Positions 49,810 to 63,425 of a DNA stretch of 64,000 bases are shown here, one piece after another; position 1 is the first letter of the stretch, and each line of letters begins with the position of its first letter. The translations under genes were made by a program, and so were the position numbers. The DNA is from Takakia lepidozioides (lineage: Eukaryota > Plantae > Bryophyta). The stretch spans positions 31,124,001 through 31,188,000 of the forward strand of contig CM060732.1 in assembly GCA_030704615.1 (NCBI GenBank), in the 5' to 3' direction. The notes under the pieces were generated by a model that was not told where the DNA came from, ran no database searches, and saw nothing but the letters and a program-made list of their open reading frames with translations.

Positions 49810-50925
49810 TCCAGGATGGCAGTATCGCTAATTACTGTATGAAATTATGCATAGTTGTTTACTAAATACTTCTTTGACACATACAAAATGTAGGCAATTG
49901 TGTTCTAACGTGGGTGGAGTAGATGTACTCTTCTCCCTAGACCCCAACCTTGAATTTCAACATGCATAAACTGATGTTATGTTGTGAAGTAATCCTGCAA
50001 ATCCAATTCATGACCATCAATCAATAACATAATACCCAAATACCATTGAAATCATTAAGTGAACTTTCAAGTGGCCATCATGGGATTGGATCTTGGTGGG
50101 TTAAGGCTAGCTTTCAAGTCAATCGGTCAATCTGAAGCAGCACCATGCGAAACATACAAACATGTCCAAATAAAGATGTTGATCAAACTTGTGCACAAGG
50201 CTGCCCCTCTAATCAAGGTCATTACAAATCATGTTCACCTTCATCTTCAAGCTTTGGAGACTATCCACCTCATCTGCCCAAACAATCTTCTCAGCTTAAC
50301 ATGGATTTCCTTAATTTTGGGATGCAATTTGTCATCTACAACAAATGTGTGCATTCTGTTGCCAACCTCTGGCTCCTTCTTAACCCCTCTAACCTTCATC
50401 ATCTTTCTCACCTTTGTACTGTCGTTCCACCTGCCAGCTGCAGCATAGATGTTTGATAGCAACACATAAGTCGTAGCATCTTGGTCATCCCACTTGAGAA
50501 TAGATGTTGCCGCACGTTCAACCATCTCCACATTGCCATGGATTCTGTAGGCACCAAGCAAGGCCATCCACACGCAGCATCTAGTTCCATTGGTAATTTA
50601 TTAATGGGGTCATCTGCCTCATCCAATTGCCCCGCACATCCAAGAAGGTCCACCATGCAGCCAAAGTGCTTTACCGTCGGAGTCACGCTGTGATCTGGAC
50701 TCAGGGAATCGAAGTAGCGTCTTCCTTCATCCAGTAGGCCAGCATGGCTACATCCAGATAGAACACATAAAGGCGTTATTGTCTAGCTTGAAGCCTTCCT
50801 TTTGCAATATTTCAAATAGTTACAGGGCCTCCCTATGACAACCATATTGGGCATTTCCTGCGATCATTGCCCTCCACGACACCATACCTCATTCAGCCGT
50901 ATTGTCAAACATTCTCTTTGTATGC
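49810..50925 (-). pseudogene. 3' relic of a third PPR paralog (P2-L2-S2-E1-E2-E+, DYW deleted) with homologous 3' flank
   Basis: HFGCMVDLLG..GQLDEA, YVLLSNIYAAAGRW, GVKKEP, FVVDDKLHP; flank 49810-50260 resembles 8300-8670. Confidence 0.85.
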
Positions 50926-53271
50926 CTGAAAGACACTCTTGGAGCGGGGTGATTGCAGCCTAGAGTGTCCATAATGCGTCACGATCACGAGTACACGAGA
51001 TGTCCTTAAGCTGGCGCGAGTTTTGAAAAATAAATTTTTTTGACCGTTGGATGAAGTCGATCCAGACCGTCGGCCAAAAGTACCGTGTCAAAACAATATG
51101 GGCGGGCTTTTCAAAAATAAATAATAAAAATAAATTAAAAATAATGAAATTCTCAAATCTAATTCATCTACGCCCTCAACCTATGGGAAATACGTGTTTT
51201 ATGTAAAGAAAGTTCTGATTGGCAGTATACAAGAATCCTGAAGAGGAGACCAACCCTTTGCATACTGTAAAGATTTAGGATGAAAGAGGTCCAGATAATT
51301 CATAGGAGAAATCGCATTGACACAAAATCGATGATGTGTGGCTGTCATCGCTTCCAGGTCCATTCCTTCACTAAAAAGCTAAGAAAGTGTAAGAAAGGTT
51401 TCTGCCTAATGTAGTAAAGCTTAATACAAAAATAATTAATTTCTATGCTCTTCAAAGTCCCTAACATTTTATGGACTACATATTTTAGTGTAAGATAAGA
51501 CATTCTAGATTCCTCAAAATGGGGGTGATCATAATGTGAGTCTTTTTTTATGGTGGCATTGAAAATTGACCAAGAACAAAGTACATAATCATTAGATTAT
51601 GGACTATGAAATTTTACTAGGGACTTTTTAAAAAATCCTTAACTTTCAATATACTTAGTATTTTGAAATGAAACTTGAAAGAGTGGGTGAAGCCTCTAGT
51701 GCATATTATCTTTTAGAGTCTTTTATTCAAATATTCCATTCGAGCAAAAAGTGTGAATGTATACCATCAAACTATGTGCAGGAAAAATTGTGTTGTGACA
51801 GCCAGAAATGGACACTGTAGGCTGTAACGATCCAGGGGTACATTTCGACAGCGAAAAAAAAAAAAAAAAAAAAAAAAACCACAAACAGTGTCCGGTGTCA
51901 CACACTATTTCATGCTTCCATTGTGCAATGTTTGAAGTTTGGGGGAACAGATGTGGATTGCTACATCTCACAAAGAAAACAACTTTCACAACATGCAGCA
52001 ACAGTGTGCGGCACTGCACACTGCTTTTAGCTTCCACATATGTCATCCTCAATAGTTTGAATCTTGTACTATTATCATCATTCCGAACCAATTTGGAGGG
52101 CAGAAACAGTGTGCGGTGCCGCACACTGCTTTCAGCTTCCATTTCAGGGTGCATGAATTCTGACGGCATGATTTCAATGGTTGTCTTTCACTCCAAAAAT
52201 TATGCTTTCAGAAGGGAGACAGACAGTGTGCGGCACCACACACTCTCTCCTGCATCCACAATCCTCTAATTTGCACTTCACTGTCTCTTCGTTTGCACAT
52301 GAAAACCCTCCCATGAGCTGTGACAGAAAGATGAGTTTGAAATCGCAATGTGCAATATCACCTGCGGGCTACTTGGAAACATGAAAAAGATGTTTTTCTG
52401 CTTCTCCCCGATCAAAAGGCGAACCAAAAACAAACACGGCCAGACAGCTGCGAGAGTGTGCGGTGCCGCACACTCTCCCAGCATAACTTATCACAAGAAA
52501 AAAAACAGAAACAGGACAACAGTTCTACCTTCTTTTGTGCTACAAACGAAGCCTCTCCAATCGTCAGGTCCACTTTCCTCTTGACAGTTCTTTTAACTCC
52601 GATCATTGTCAGGATCCTCTTTTCCATCCTCTTGTCAAGAATGTGCTTTTGCATGAGGTCGGCATCAACGTCGTCTTCGAGGTCGGAGTTGCCCTCCGAT
52701 GTTGTCTCTTCCTCACCCTTTCTGCGCATGACAGGCGGCTGTTCGTCTACTTGGAGATCGTTTGCCTGCATTGCCAGTCTCTCCTCAATGCCTTGACTTC
52801 CCTCCATCATCTCTTCTTCCTCTTTGCCCTCTTCGTTTACGGTTCTCTCTCGTGCTCTCTTCCTAGCCTTGTTGCTTGGGGGAAGATCAGTCATGTGTGA
52901 AACTGGACGGGAGTTCGCTTGAAGCAATGATGGACCACTTCTCCATTCTTAGCTCTCCAAATATCCGAAACCAGGGCGAATGCGTTGAGAATGGGTCTGG
53001 GTAACAGAGGTTGCATGGACAACATTCTGGACCTAAAACGTCGAAGTCGGTACGACTTCATTCAGGATAGTGTCTTCCTAGGACAAGGATCGACCAAAGT
53101 GTACTTGTTCAAAATGTCTACAGTTGCTCAGGGGAGCGGTGTCACCCTTGTCGAGCGTATGCACTCTGGTGGAGATTTGGCGAATGCGTGGTTGATGTTT
53201 GACCACTGCAAACGAGTAAAGAATTGGACAACCATGGCATGCCATGTCTACGATCCAGTTTATCAGCGCCT
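50926..53271 (+). mobile_element. Probable Mutator-like (MULE) element remnant, interrupted at 53272
   Basis: Abrupt junction with the PPR relic; transposase-like peptide ...KVYLFKMS...GDLANAWLMFDHCKRVKNWTTMACHVYDP (52985-53271), recognised from memory as bryophyte MULE-like; internal palindromic repeats. Confidence 0.5.
51885..52475. repeat. Five spaced near-palindromes AGTGTGCGGYRCCGCACACT
   Basis: Copies at ~51887, 52003, 52108, 52224 and 52455. Confidence 0.8.
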
Positions 53272-53741
53272 CACGAGAAGCATTCGTGTCTTTTCCAAAT
53301 CGACTGGGTGTCCGCCAACCACTCCGGGAACCACTTTGCAGTAAGCAAGACTACTGGAGAGTTGAAACGGACAATGTGGGCCCACGGGGGTATTTCAGAC
53401 GGTGGACAGAAGTGGGGTCAACGACTCCGGAGTCGTAGCCAAAATCCAGGCTATTTAATTAATTACATAAATACATAAAATTTGAAAAAACGGAAATTAT
53501 GAGTGGTTCTAATTACTGCACATGCGACTAGAAATTAGGGTTCATAATTCGATTAATGGAATAAAGATATTTATTCATTAAAGTGAATATGTAGTCGACT
53601 CAACGACTCCATGAACCACTGCGCATTGATTGCACCCGTGATTCGGGGCCACATTTGCTGACGTGTGTTTCACAAGAACAAGCAAACAAAATCTGGCCTT
53701 GGGGGCTTGCATATCTTAATATGTAATGCCTCCACCTGGAA

Positions 53742-55286
53742 GTGACATGGAAGGTCCATGGTGACATCGTGAAAGCTGGAATTGTAGGGTTTGTCATTCT
53801 AAACACCGCCCTAGTGGACATGTATGCCGAATGCGGGAGCATTGAAGATGCAAAGGTAGTGTTCGACTGTGGCTCAACGAGATGTGGTGTCGTGGAGTGC
53901 GATGATCGCATTGGCAGTAAGGCAAGGATGTATGCATGATTTGTGCAGAGGTAGTGATAGCTGAAGGAGCAGGATAGAGTGTGGGTCCATATTCATCCAA
54001 GAGGGTCGGATTTCAAGCTCCAGATTACCTATGGATCCCCGTGGAAGGATAGCTAAAAGAAACCTCCATGGGTAGATGGAAGCGGCAGCTGTAGCGGCAC
54101 AGTTGATAAAATCAGGCACCTCAACCATGACCACAACTTCTGGAAGAGGATCAAGCGAGGGAGTCCACAATGCCTCTTCTGGCACTTATGGGCATGTGAA
54201 AATGCTTTATGAGGCAAGCAGACTGAAAGAGGCTCTACAAACTTTAAACCAAAGAGGCATTTCAGCAGATGTAGATACGTACGTGTGTCTCTTGCATAAG
54301 TGCATCAAGATGAAAGCCTAGAAGTTGGAAAGCAGGTGCACACTCACATTGTCCAAAGTGGATTCACACCGAACGTTTTTCTACTCAACAACCTTGTCAA
54401 CATGTATGTTATGTGCGGGAGCATCATGGATGATCACCAATTGTTCAACACAGAATGCCTCAACGATCTTTGATCACGTGGAATATAATGTTGGCAGGAT
54501 TACCAAGCATGGGCGTGGTACGAATGCTTTGGAGACCTGTGAGCAAATGATGCGCGAAGGGATGAAGCCCAACCACATCGCGTTTGTATGTGTTTGCAAT
54601 GCGTGTGCAAGCCTAGAAAAGGGGAACGAGGTCCATGGTGACATCGGTCAAAGCTCGAATTGCACCAGATGTCATTCTGAACACTGCCCTGACCTGGACA
54701 TGTATGCCAAATGTGGATGCATTGAGGATGTAAATGGAGTTTTCGACACTATGGCTAAACGAGATGTGGTGTTGTGGAGTGCGATGTTTGCAGGGTATGC
54801 ACAACAGGGACGTGGGATGGATGCTTTGGAGACCTACGATCAAATGATGGGGGAGGGAGTGAAGCCCGGCCACTTTGTGTGCATTTGCAATGTTTGTGCA
54901 AGCCTGGCAGCCCTGGACAAGGGTGAAGAGGTGCATGGGGATATCATCAAAGCTGGAATTGTACCAAATGTCATTATGAACACTGCCCTGGCAGCTCTGG
55001 AAAAGGGGAAAGAGGTCCATGGCGACATCTTCAGAGCTGGAATTGTACCAAATGTCATTCTGAACCATACCCTGGTGGAAATGTATGCAAAATGTGGGTG
55101 CATCGAGCCTGGACAAGGGCAAAGAGGTGCATGGGGTATCATCAAAGCTGGAATTGTACCAAATGTCATTATGAACACTGCCCTGGCAGCTTTGGAAAAG
55201 GGGAAAGAGGTCCATGGCGACATCTTCAGAACTGGAATTGTACCAAATGTCATTCTAAACCATATCCTGGTAGACATGTATGCAAA
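53742..55286 (+). pseudogene. Rearranged PDF-PPR fragments (cargo of the outer element)
   Basis: Degenerate S motif, intron, PDF exon (IHPRGSDFKLQITYGSPW), linker and PPR motifs with stops and frameshifts. Confidence 0.85.
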
Positions 55287-58200
55287 CACTAGAAGCATTC
55301 GTGTCTTTTCCGAATCGACTGGGTGTCCGCCACCCACTCCGGGAACCACTTGGCTGTAAGCGGGACTACTGGAGAGTCGAAACGGACAATGTGGGCCCAC
55401 GGGGGCATTTCAGACGGCGGGCAGAAGTGGGGTCAACGACTCCAGAGTCGTAGCAAAACTCCGGGCTATTTAATTAATTGCGTAAATACATAAAATTTGA
55501 AAAGCGGAAATTACAAGTGGTTCTAATTAATGCACATGCGACTAGAAATTTTTCATTCATAATCTGATTAATGGAATAAAGATATTTATTCATTAAAGTG
55601 AATATGTAGTCGACTCAACGACTCCATGAACCACTGCGCATTGATTGCACCCGTGATTCAGGGCCACATTTGTTGACGTGTGTTTCACAAAAACAGGTAA
55701 AGAAAATGTGGCCTTGGGGAATAGATTTTTTATATGTACTGCCTCCACCTGGAAGTGACATGGAAGGTCCATGGTGACATCGTGAAAGCTGGAATTGTAG
55801 GGTTCGTCGTTCTGAACACCGCCCTAGTGGACATGTATGCCAAATGCGGTCGCATTGAAGATGCGAAGGTAGTGTTCGACTGTGGCTCAACGAGATGTGG
55901 TGTCGTGGAGTGCGATGATCGCATTGGCAGCAAGGCAAGGATGTATGCATGATTGTGCAGAGGTAGTGATAGCTGAAGGAGCAGGATAGAGTGTGGGTCC
56001 ATATTCATCCAAGAGGGTCGGATTTCAAGCTCCAGATTACCTATGGATCCCCGTGGAAGGATAGCTACAAGAAACCTCCAGGGGTAGATGGTTAGCTGGA
56101 AGCGGCAGCTGTAGCGGCACAGTTGATAAAATCAGGCACCTCAACCATGACCACAACTTCTGGAAGAAGATCAAGCGAGGGAGTCCACAATGCCTCTTCT
56201 GGCACTTATGGGCATGTGAAGATGCTTTATGAGGCAGGCTGACTGAAAGAGGCTCTACAAACTTTAAACTAAAGAGGCATTTCAGCAGATGTAGATATGT
56301 ATGTGTGTCTCTTGCATAAGTGCATCAAGATGAAAGGCCTAGAAGTTGGAAAGCAGGTGCACATTCACATTGTCCAAAGTGGATTCACGCCAAGCGTTTT
56401 TCTACTCAACAACCTTGTCAATATGTATGTTAAGGGGAGCATCATGGATGATCACCAAGTGTTCAACACGGAATGCCTCAACGATCTTTGATCACGTGGA
56501 ATATAATGTTGGCAGGATTACCAAGCATAGGCGTGGTACGAATGCTTTGGAGACCTGTGAGCAAATGATGCGCGAAGGGGTGAAGCCCAACCACATCGCG
56601 TTTGTATGTGTTTGAAATGCGTGTGCAAGCCTAGAAAAGGGGAACGAGGTCCATGGTGACATCGGTCAAAACTGGAATTGCACCGGATGTCATTCTGAAC
56701 ACTGCCCTGACCTGGACATGTATGCCAAATGTGGATGCATTGAGGATGCAAAGGGAGTTTTCGACACTATGGCTGAACAAGATGTGGTGTTGTGGAGTGC
56801 GATGTTTGCAGGGTATGCACAACAGGGACGTGGGATGGGGGCTTTGGAGACCTATGATCCAATGATGGGGGAGGGGGTGAAGCCCGACCACTTTGTGTGC
56901 ATTTGCAATGTTTGTGCAAGCCTGGCAGCCCTGGACAAGGGTAAAGAGGTGCATGGGGATATCATCAAAGCTGGAATTGTACCAAATGTCATTATGAACA
57001 CTGCCCTGGCAGCTCTGGAAAGGGGGAAAGAGGTCCATGGCGACACCTTCAGAGCTGGAATTGTACCAAATGTCAGTCTGAACCATACCCTGGTGGATAT
57101 GTATGCGAAATGTGGGTGCATCGAGCCTGGACGAGGGCAAAGAGGTACATGGGGTATCATCAAAGCTGGAATTGTACCAAATGTCATTATGAACACTGCC
57201 CTGGCAGCTCTGGAAAAGGGGAAAGAGGTCCATGGCGACATCTTCAGAGCTGGAATTGTACCAAATGTCATTCTGAACCATACCCTGGTGGACATGTTTG
57301 CAAAATGTGGGTGCAAAGGGATCTAGGATCTAGGATGCAAAGGGAGTGTTCGACACTATGGCTGAACGAGATGTGGTGTTGTGGAGTGCGATGCTTGCAA
57401 GGTATGCACGGCAGGGACGTGGGATGGAGGCTTTGGAGACCTATGAGCAAAGGATGGGGGAAACACATCATGTTTGTGTGCATTTGCAATGCTTGTGCAA
57501 GCCTGGCAGCCCTGGAGAAGGGCAAGAGGTGCATGGGGATATCATCAAAGCTGGAATTGTGCCAAATGTCAATCTGAACACTGCCCTTACAGCTTTGGAA
57601 AAGGGGAAAGAGGTCCATGGCGACATCTTCAGAGCTGGAATTGTACCAGATGTCATTCTGAACAATACCCTGGTGAACATGTTTGCAAAATGTGGGTGCA
57701 TCTAGGATGCAAAGGGAGTGTTCGACACTATGGCTGAATGAGATGTGGTGTCGTGGAGTGCAATGCTTGCAGGGTATGCACGGCAAGGACATGGGATGGA
57801 GGCTTTGGAGAGCTTTGAGCAAATGATGGGGGAAGCACATCATGTTTGTATGCATTTGCAATGCTTGTGCAAGCCTGGCAGCTGGCTTGGAGAAGGGCAA
57901 GAGGTGCATGGGGATATCATCAAAGCTGGAATTGTGCCAAATGTCCATCTAAACACTGCCCTGGCAACTTTGGAAAAGGGAAAGAGGTCCATGGTGACAT
58001 CTTCAGAGTTGGAATTGTACCAGATGTCATTCTAAACAAAACCCTGGTGAACATGTTTGCAAAATGTGGGTGCATCTAGGATGCAAAGGGAGTGTTCAAC
58101 ACTATGGCTGAACGAGATGTGGTGTGCATTTGCAATGTGCGTGCAAGCCTGGCAGCCTTGGAGAAGGGCAAGAGATGCATAAGGATATCATCAAAGCTGG

Positions 58201-61200
58201 AATTGTGCCAAATGTCAATCTGAACACTGCCCTTGCAGCTTTGGAAATGGGGAAAGATGTGCATGGCAACATCTTCAGAGCTGGAATTGTACCAGATGAC
58301 ATTCTGAACAATACCCTAGTGAACATGTTTGCAAAATGTGGGTGCATCTAGGATTCAAAGGGAGTGTTCGACACTATGGTTGAACGACATGTGGTGTCGT
58401 GGAGTGCGATATGATGTGCTTGCAGGGTATGCACAGCAGGGATGTGGAATGGAGGCTTTGGAGACCTATGAGCAATGGAAGCACATCATGTTTGTGTGCA
58501 TTTGCAATGCTTGTGCAAGCCTAGCAGCCGACCTGGAGAAGGGCAAAGAGGTGCATGGGGATATCATCAAAGCTGGAATTGTACCAAATGTCAATCTGAA
58601 CACTGCCCTGGCAGCTTTGGAAAAGGGGAAAGAGGTCCACATGGCGACATCTTCAGAGCTGGAATTGTACCAAGGTGAATGCCTGTCAGATTACCAGATG
58701 CATAGAGGTGCATGGTTGCATCGCCAAAGGCAGCAGCTGCAGCGGCACAGTTGATAAAGTCAGGCACCTCAACCATGACCACAACTTCTGGAAGAGGATC
58801 AAGAGAGGGAGTCCACAATGCCTCTTCTGGCAGTTATGGGCATGTGAAGATGCTTTGGCAGGAAGACTGAAAGAGGCTCTACTGACTTTAAACCAAGGAG
58901 GCATTTCAGCAGATTCAGATACGTATGTCTATCTCTTGCATAAGTGCATCAAGATGAAAGGCCAAGTGAAGCTAGAAAGTAGGTGCACACTCACATTATC
59001 CAAAGTGCACGCCAAATATTTTTCTACTCAACACCCTTGTCAACATATATGTTATGTGCGGGAGCATCATGGATGCTCACCAAGTGTTCAACATAATGCC
59101 TCAACGATATTTCATCACGTGGAACACGATGCTTGCAAGGTGTGCACAACAGGGGCCTGGTATGGAGGCCTTGGAGAATGTGGTGAGGGCACCTTCTTCT
59201 TCGACCTATTTCAGCCTGTTTTTCCCTCTCATAAGACTCGGCCCTGAATTTACATATCGAATCATCAAGGACAATGTGGTGAGGGCGCCTTCTTCTTCGA
59301 CCTATTTCAGCCTGTTTTGCCCTCTCATCAAACTTGGCCTTGAGATGTATATTGAATTCTGTAAGTTTTGGGTGGATCTGTGGTGGTTTGGAATGACTGT
59401 GACAAGTAACTGCTGATGTGGCAGCAGGAAAGTATCCAAAACAGATAACAGAGATGAGGAGTAGGTGTGGAATGAATACTTTGTTGACCCCAGTGAATGG
59501 TGGAACAACCGAGGCAAAAAGTTGAATGCCTATTAGATGACAGAGAGTAGCAGACGTAATTTAGCATAGGAACTAGTGTGATTGGGTGTTTCCTAGGTTG
59601 TCATTGTCAGCTGCTAGCAGCAAGGGCAAAGATGAATGCATGACTTGTGCAGAGGCATGGATAGCTGAAGGAGAAGGGATAGAGTGTGGGTCCAGATTCA
59701 TCCAAGAGGGCCGGACTTCAAGCTCTAGATTACGTGTGATTCCATGTGGATCAATAGCTACAAGAAACCTAAATCGGTATATGGTCAACTAAAGGCAATA
59801 GCTGCAGCGGCACAGTTGATAAAATCAGGCACGTCCTTAACCATGACCGCAGCTTCTGAAAGAGGATCAAGAGAGGGAGTCCACAATGCCTTTTCTGCGG
59901 GGCATGTGAAGATGCTTTGTGAGGCAGGCAGACTGACAAAGGCTCTAGGTCTGGAAGTTGGAATCAGGTGCACACTCACATTATCCAAAGTGGATTCATG
60001 CCAAATGTTTTTTCTACTCAACACCCTTGTCAACATGTATGTTAAGTGCGGGAGCATCATGGATGCTTGCCATGATTTCTACAAAATGCCTCAGCGATCT
60101 TTGATCATGTGGAATATAATGTTGGCAGGATTTACCAAACATGGGTGTGGTAGGAATGCTTTGGCGACCTATGAGCAAATGTTGCGCAAAGGGGTGAAGC
60201 CCAACCACATCACGCTTCCGCATGTTTGCAATGTGTGTGCAAGCCTGGGACCTCTGGAAAAGGGGAAAGAAGTCCATGGTGACATCATCAAAGCTAGAAT
60301 TGTACCAGATGTCATCCTGAACACTCCCATGGTCAACGTCTATGCCAAATGTGGGTGCATTAAGGATGCGAAGGGAGTTTTCAACACTATGGTTGAACCA
60401 AATGTGGTGTCATGGAATGCGATGCTTGCAAGGTATGCACAGCAGGGACATGGTATGCAGGCTTTGGAGACCTATGATCAAATGATAGGGGAAGGGGGGG
60501 CACCTTCTTCAATAGCACAACGGCTACAAGTGGGTAGATGGTCAACTGGAAATAGCAATGGCAGCAGCACAATTGATAGAACAAGGCCCACTGCTAATGG
60601 AGGTACCTTCTTCAACATATTTCACCCTATTTTTCCCCTGCTATCAGAGTCGTCCCTAAATTTTCATGTTGAATTCTACAAGTTAGCTCGTTGGTGGATC
60701 TATTGTGGTGTTGGAGTGATTTTGACATGTTTCTAATAATGTGGTCGACAGGAAAGTATCGGAAAACAGATAATGGAGATGTGGAGAAGCTCTGGAATGA
60801 ATACGGTTCCGACCCCAGTCAATGGTGGAACAATCCAGGCAAAAAGGTGAATGCATGTTGGAAACAAACGCAAGTCAACATAGGAACTAGTGTGATAAGT
60901 AGGGTTGGGGTGTTTGTGGAACAATTCTAGAGTGTTTTTGTCAGCTGCTAGCATCAAGGCAAGGATGTATGCATGATTTGTGCAGAGGCATGGGTAGCTG
61001 ACGGAGCAGGGAGCAGTGTGGGTCCAGATTCATCCAAGAGGGCCGGATTTCAAGCTCCAGATCGCCTACAATTCCCTGTGGAAGCAGCACACACCTCGCA
61101 CACACAAGAGGTCCTCTTGGGTGCATGGTCAGTCAAATCCTCCATGGGTCATGACACAAGGTCGAGGACAATGTGGTGAGGGCACCTTCTTCTTCGACCT

Positions 61201-63425
61201 ATTTCAGCCTATTTTTCCCTCTCATCAGACCCAGCCCTGAATTTGCATATTGAATGCTGTAAGTTAGCTCGTTGGGTGGATGTGGGGTGGTTTGGAGTGA
61301 CTTTGACAAGTTACTGCTGATGTGGCAGCAAGAAAGTACCCAAAAACAGATAACAAGATGAAGAGAAGCTTTGGAATGAACACTTTCCGACCCCAGTCAG
61401 TGGGGGGACAATGGAGACAAAAAGGTGAGTGCTTGTTCGACTACAGAGAGAAGCAGTTGCAATTCAGAATTGGAACTACTGTTAAGTCCTAGGTTGGGGT
61501 ATTTTTCTGGAAGAACTTCACGCCGTCACTGTCAGCTGCTAGCAGCAAGGCTGAGGGATGTATTCATGATCTGTACACGGGCAGGGATAGCTGAGGGACC
61601 AGGGATAGAGGTCCATATTCATGTTCAGGTTCAGGCTGAGGGATCAATAGTTAAAAGAAATCAGCTGGAGTAGATGGTCAATTGTTGCAAGTGGAAACAG
61701 TAGCGGCAGCACAATTGATAGAATGAGGTGCTGCTAATGAAGGCACCTTCCTCGACACATTTCAGCCTGTTTTTCCAAATAGGGTTGGGGTGTAAGAACA
61801 AATCTAGGCTGTGATCATCAGCTGCTAGCAGCAAGACAATGATATATGCATGATTTGTGCTGAGGCATAGATAGTTGAAGGAGTAGGGATAGAGTGTGGG
61901 TGCAGATTCACCCAAGAGGGCCGGGCTTCAAGCTCCAGATTGACTCTATAGCTACAACAAACCTGCATGGGTAGATGGTCAACTGGCAGCAGCGGCACAA
62001 TTTATAAAATCAGACACTGCTAATGAAAGCATCTTATTCAACACATTTCACCTTGTTTTTCCCTCTAATCAGAATCGGCCCTAAATTTCCATGTTGAATT
62101 CTGCAAGTTAGCTGGTTGAGTGAATCTAGTTTGGAGTGACTTTGACATGATACTGCCAATGTGACAACATGAAAGTATCAAATAACAAGTAACAGAGATG
62201 AGGAGAAGTTGTGGAATGAATACTATTCTGCCCCAATCAATGATGGGACAACCAAGGCAAAAAGGTGAATGCATGTTACATTTCATAGACTAGCAGACGC
62301 ATTCAGCATAGGAACTAGTGTGAGAAGCTGAGTTGGATGTTTCCTAGAATAAATCGAGGGCTATCATTGTCAGCTACTAGCAGCGAGGCAAGGATGAATG
62401 CATGATTTGTGCAGAGGCATGTGTAGGTGAAGGAGCAAAGAGAATGTGGGTCCAGATTCATCCAAGAGGGCCAGATTTCAAGCACAAGATTACCTATGAT
62501 TCCCTGTGGATCAATAGCTACAAGAAACCTGCATGGGTAGATGGTCTATTCCGTGGGACTCAATCTGTCACTGAGCCTTGCATTATGAGGATCACAATTG
62601 CTTGGCAGCTTACCTGCATGAGGCCTTGACCCTTAGGCAATCCCCAGAGCAGTAGTAGCTTTGGGCTACTTTTTTACTTTGGTTTTTTCATTTTGTATCA
62701 TAAGCTCTTTGAGCTTTCCGCAGATGTAAGAAAGTACCATTTGTTTCATTTCATTTAATTTTCATTTTGTTTTGTTTCATGGCATGTCTTTCATTGTTTT
62801 CGCATTTCTAATGACATGATTAGTTCTCTTGTATGGCATTACATGCATATGTACTAGACGGCTCATTACAAACACCAAAACTTCAAAGCATGAACCACTT
62901 TGAGTGATTGTTCAAGTAATTTCGAGCACTTCATTTAGAGTAGTAAAGCACTGGTTGCGCCGACTTCTGCAGTCGCAGTTGCCAGTGGGCATGTAGCACT
63001 GCAAGTTATGTGGTCAACTACCACGTGGCGTCCCAGGCCCGTGGCCACATGGCAGCAGTGCTGCTCGCCGTGGCGCCACCACGTCGGCATCCACATCGTC
63101 GTCCACATCCGCATCCATGTATCACCGCGCTCCGGTGAGTCAGTCCACTCATCTGGAGGGAAAAGTCAAGGTCAGCCCAAAAGGTCAGACACACGGGCGG
63201 CCCGCCTGGTTACGCCACGTGGTTCTTCAACATTAATCGCAATAATTGCTGAGCAGTTGTTCGCACGTCTGCGTCCTTTACCACTCCAATCATTGGATGT
63301 CCGACCCAACTTCAACGTCTGTTGTAACTAGTCATTTGTAACTTCTAGTCGATCCCAATTTTTTGACTTTTACGACTCAAAATGAGTCGTTACCCCAGTA
63401 GTAAATGACACGAATGCTTCTAGTG
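55287..63425 (+). mobile_element. Complete non-autonomous Pack-CACTA element (8139 bp) with PDF-PPR cargo
   Basis: Perfect 19-bp TIR CACTAGAAGCATTCGTGTC (55287-55305 / 63407-63425); 3-bp TSD AAA. Removing it restores gacatgtatgcAAAatgtggg (DMYAKCG). CGACTC/GAGTCG subterminal motifs at both ends; no transposase. Confidence 0.92.
55757..62545 (+). pseudogene. Mosaic of PPR and PDF exon/intron fragments (cargo of the inner element)
   Basis: PPR pieces at 55757-59175 and ~59900-60495. PDF pieces include exon 60752-60846 (VEKLWNEYGSDPSQWWNNPGKK) and 62456- (IHPRGPDFKHKITYDSLWINSYKKPAWVDG). Many stops. Confidence 0.85.

Noticed and set aside
52412-52927. Glu/Lys-rich 171-aa minus-strand ORF as a host gene
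   Set aside because: Low complexity, non-ATG start in the ORF track, and inside a probable transposon remnant.
53272-57300. Simple 2-kb tandem duplication
   Set aside because: The TIRs, the AAA TSD and the resumption of cargo at 63426 show a nested transposon insertion.
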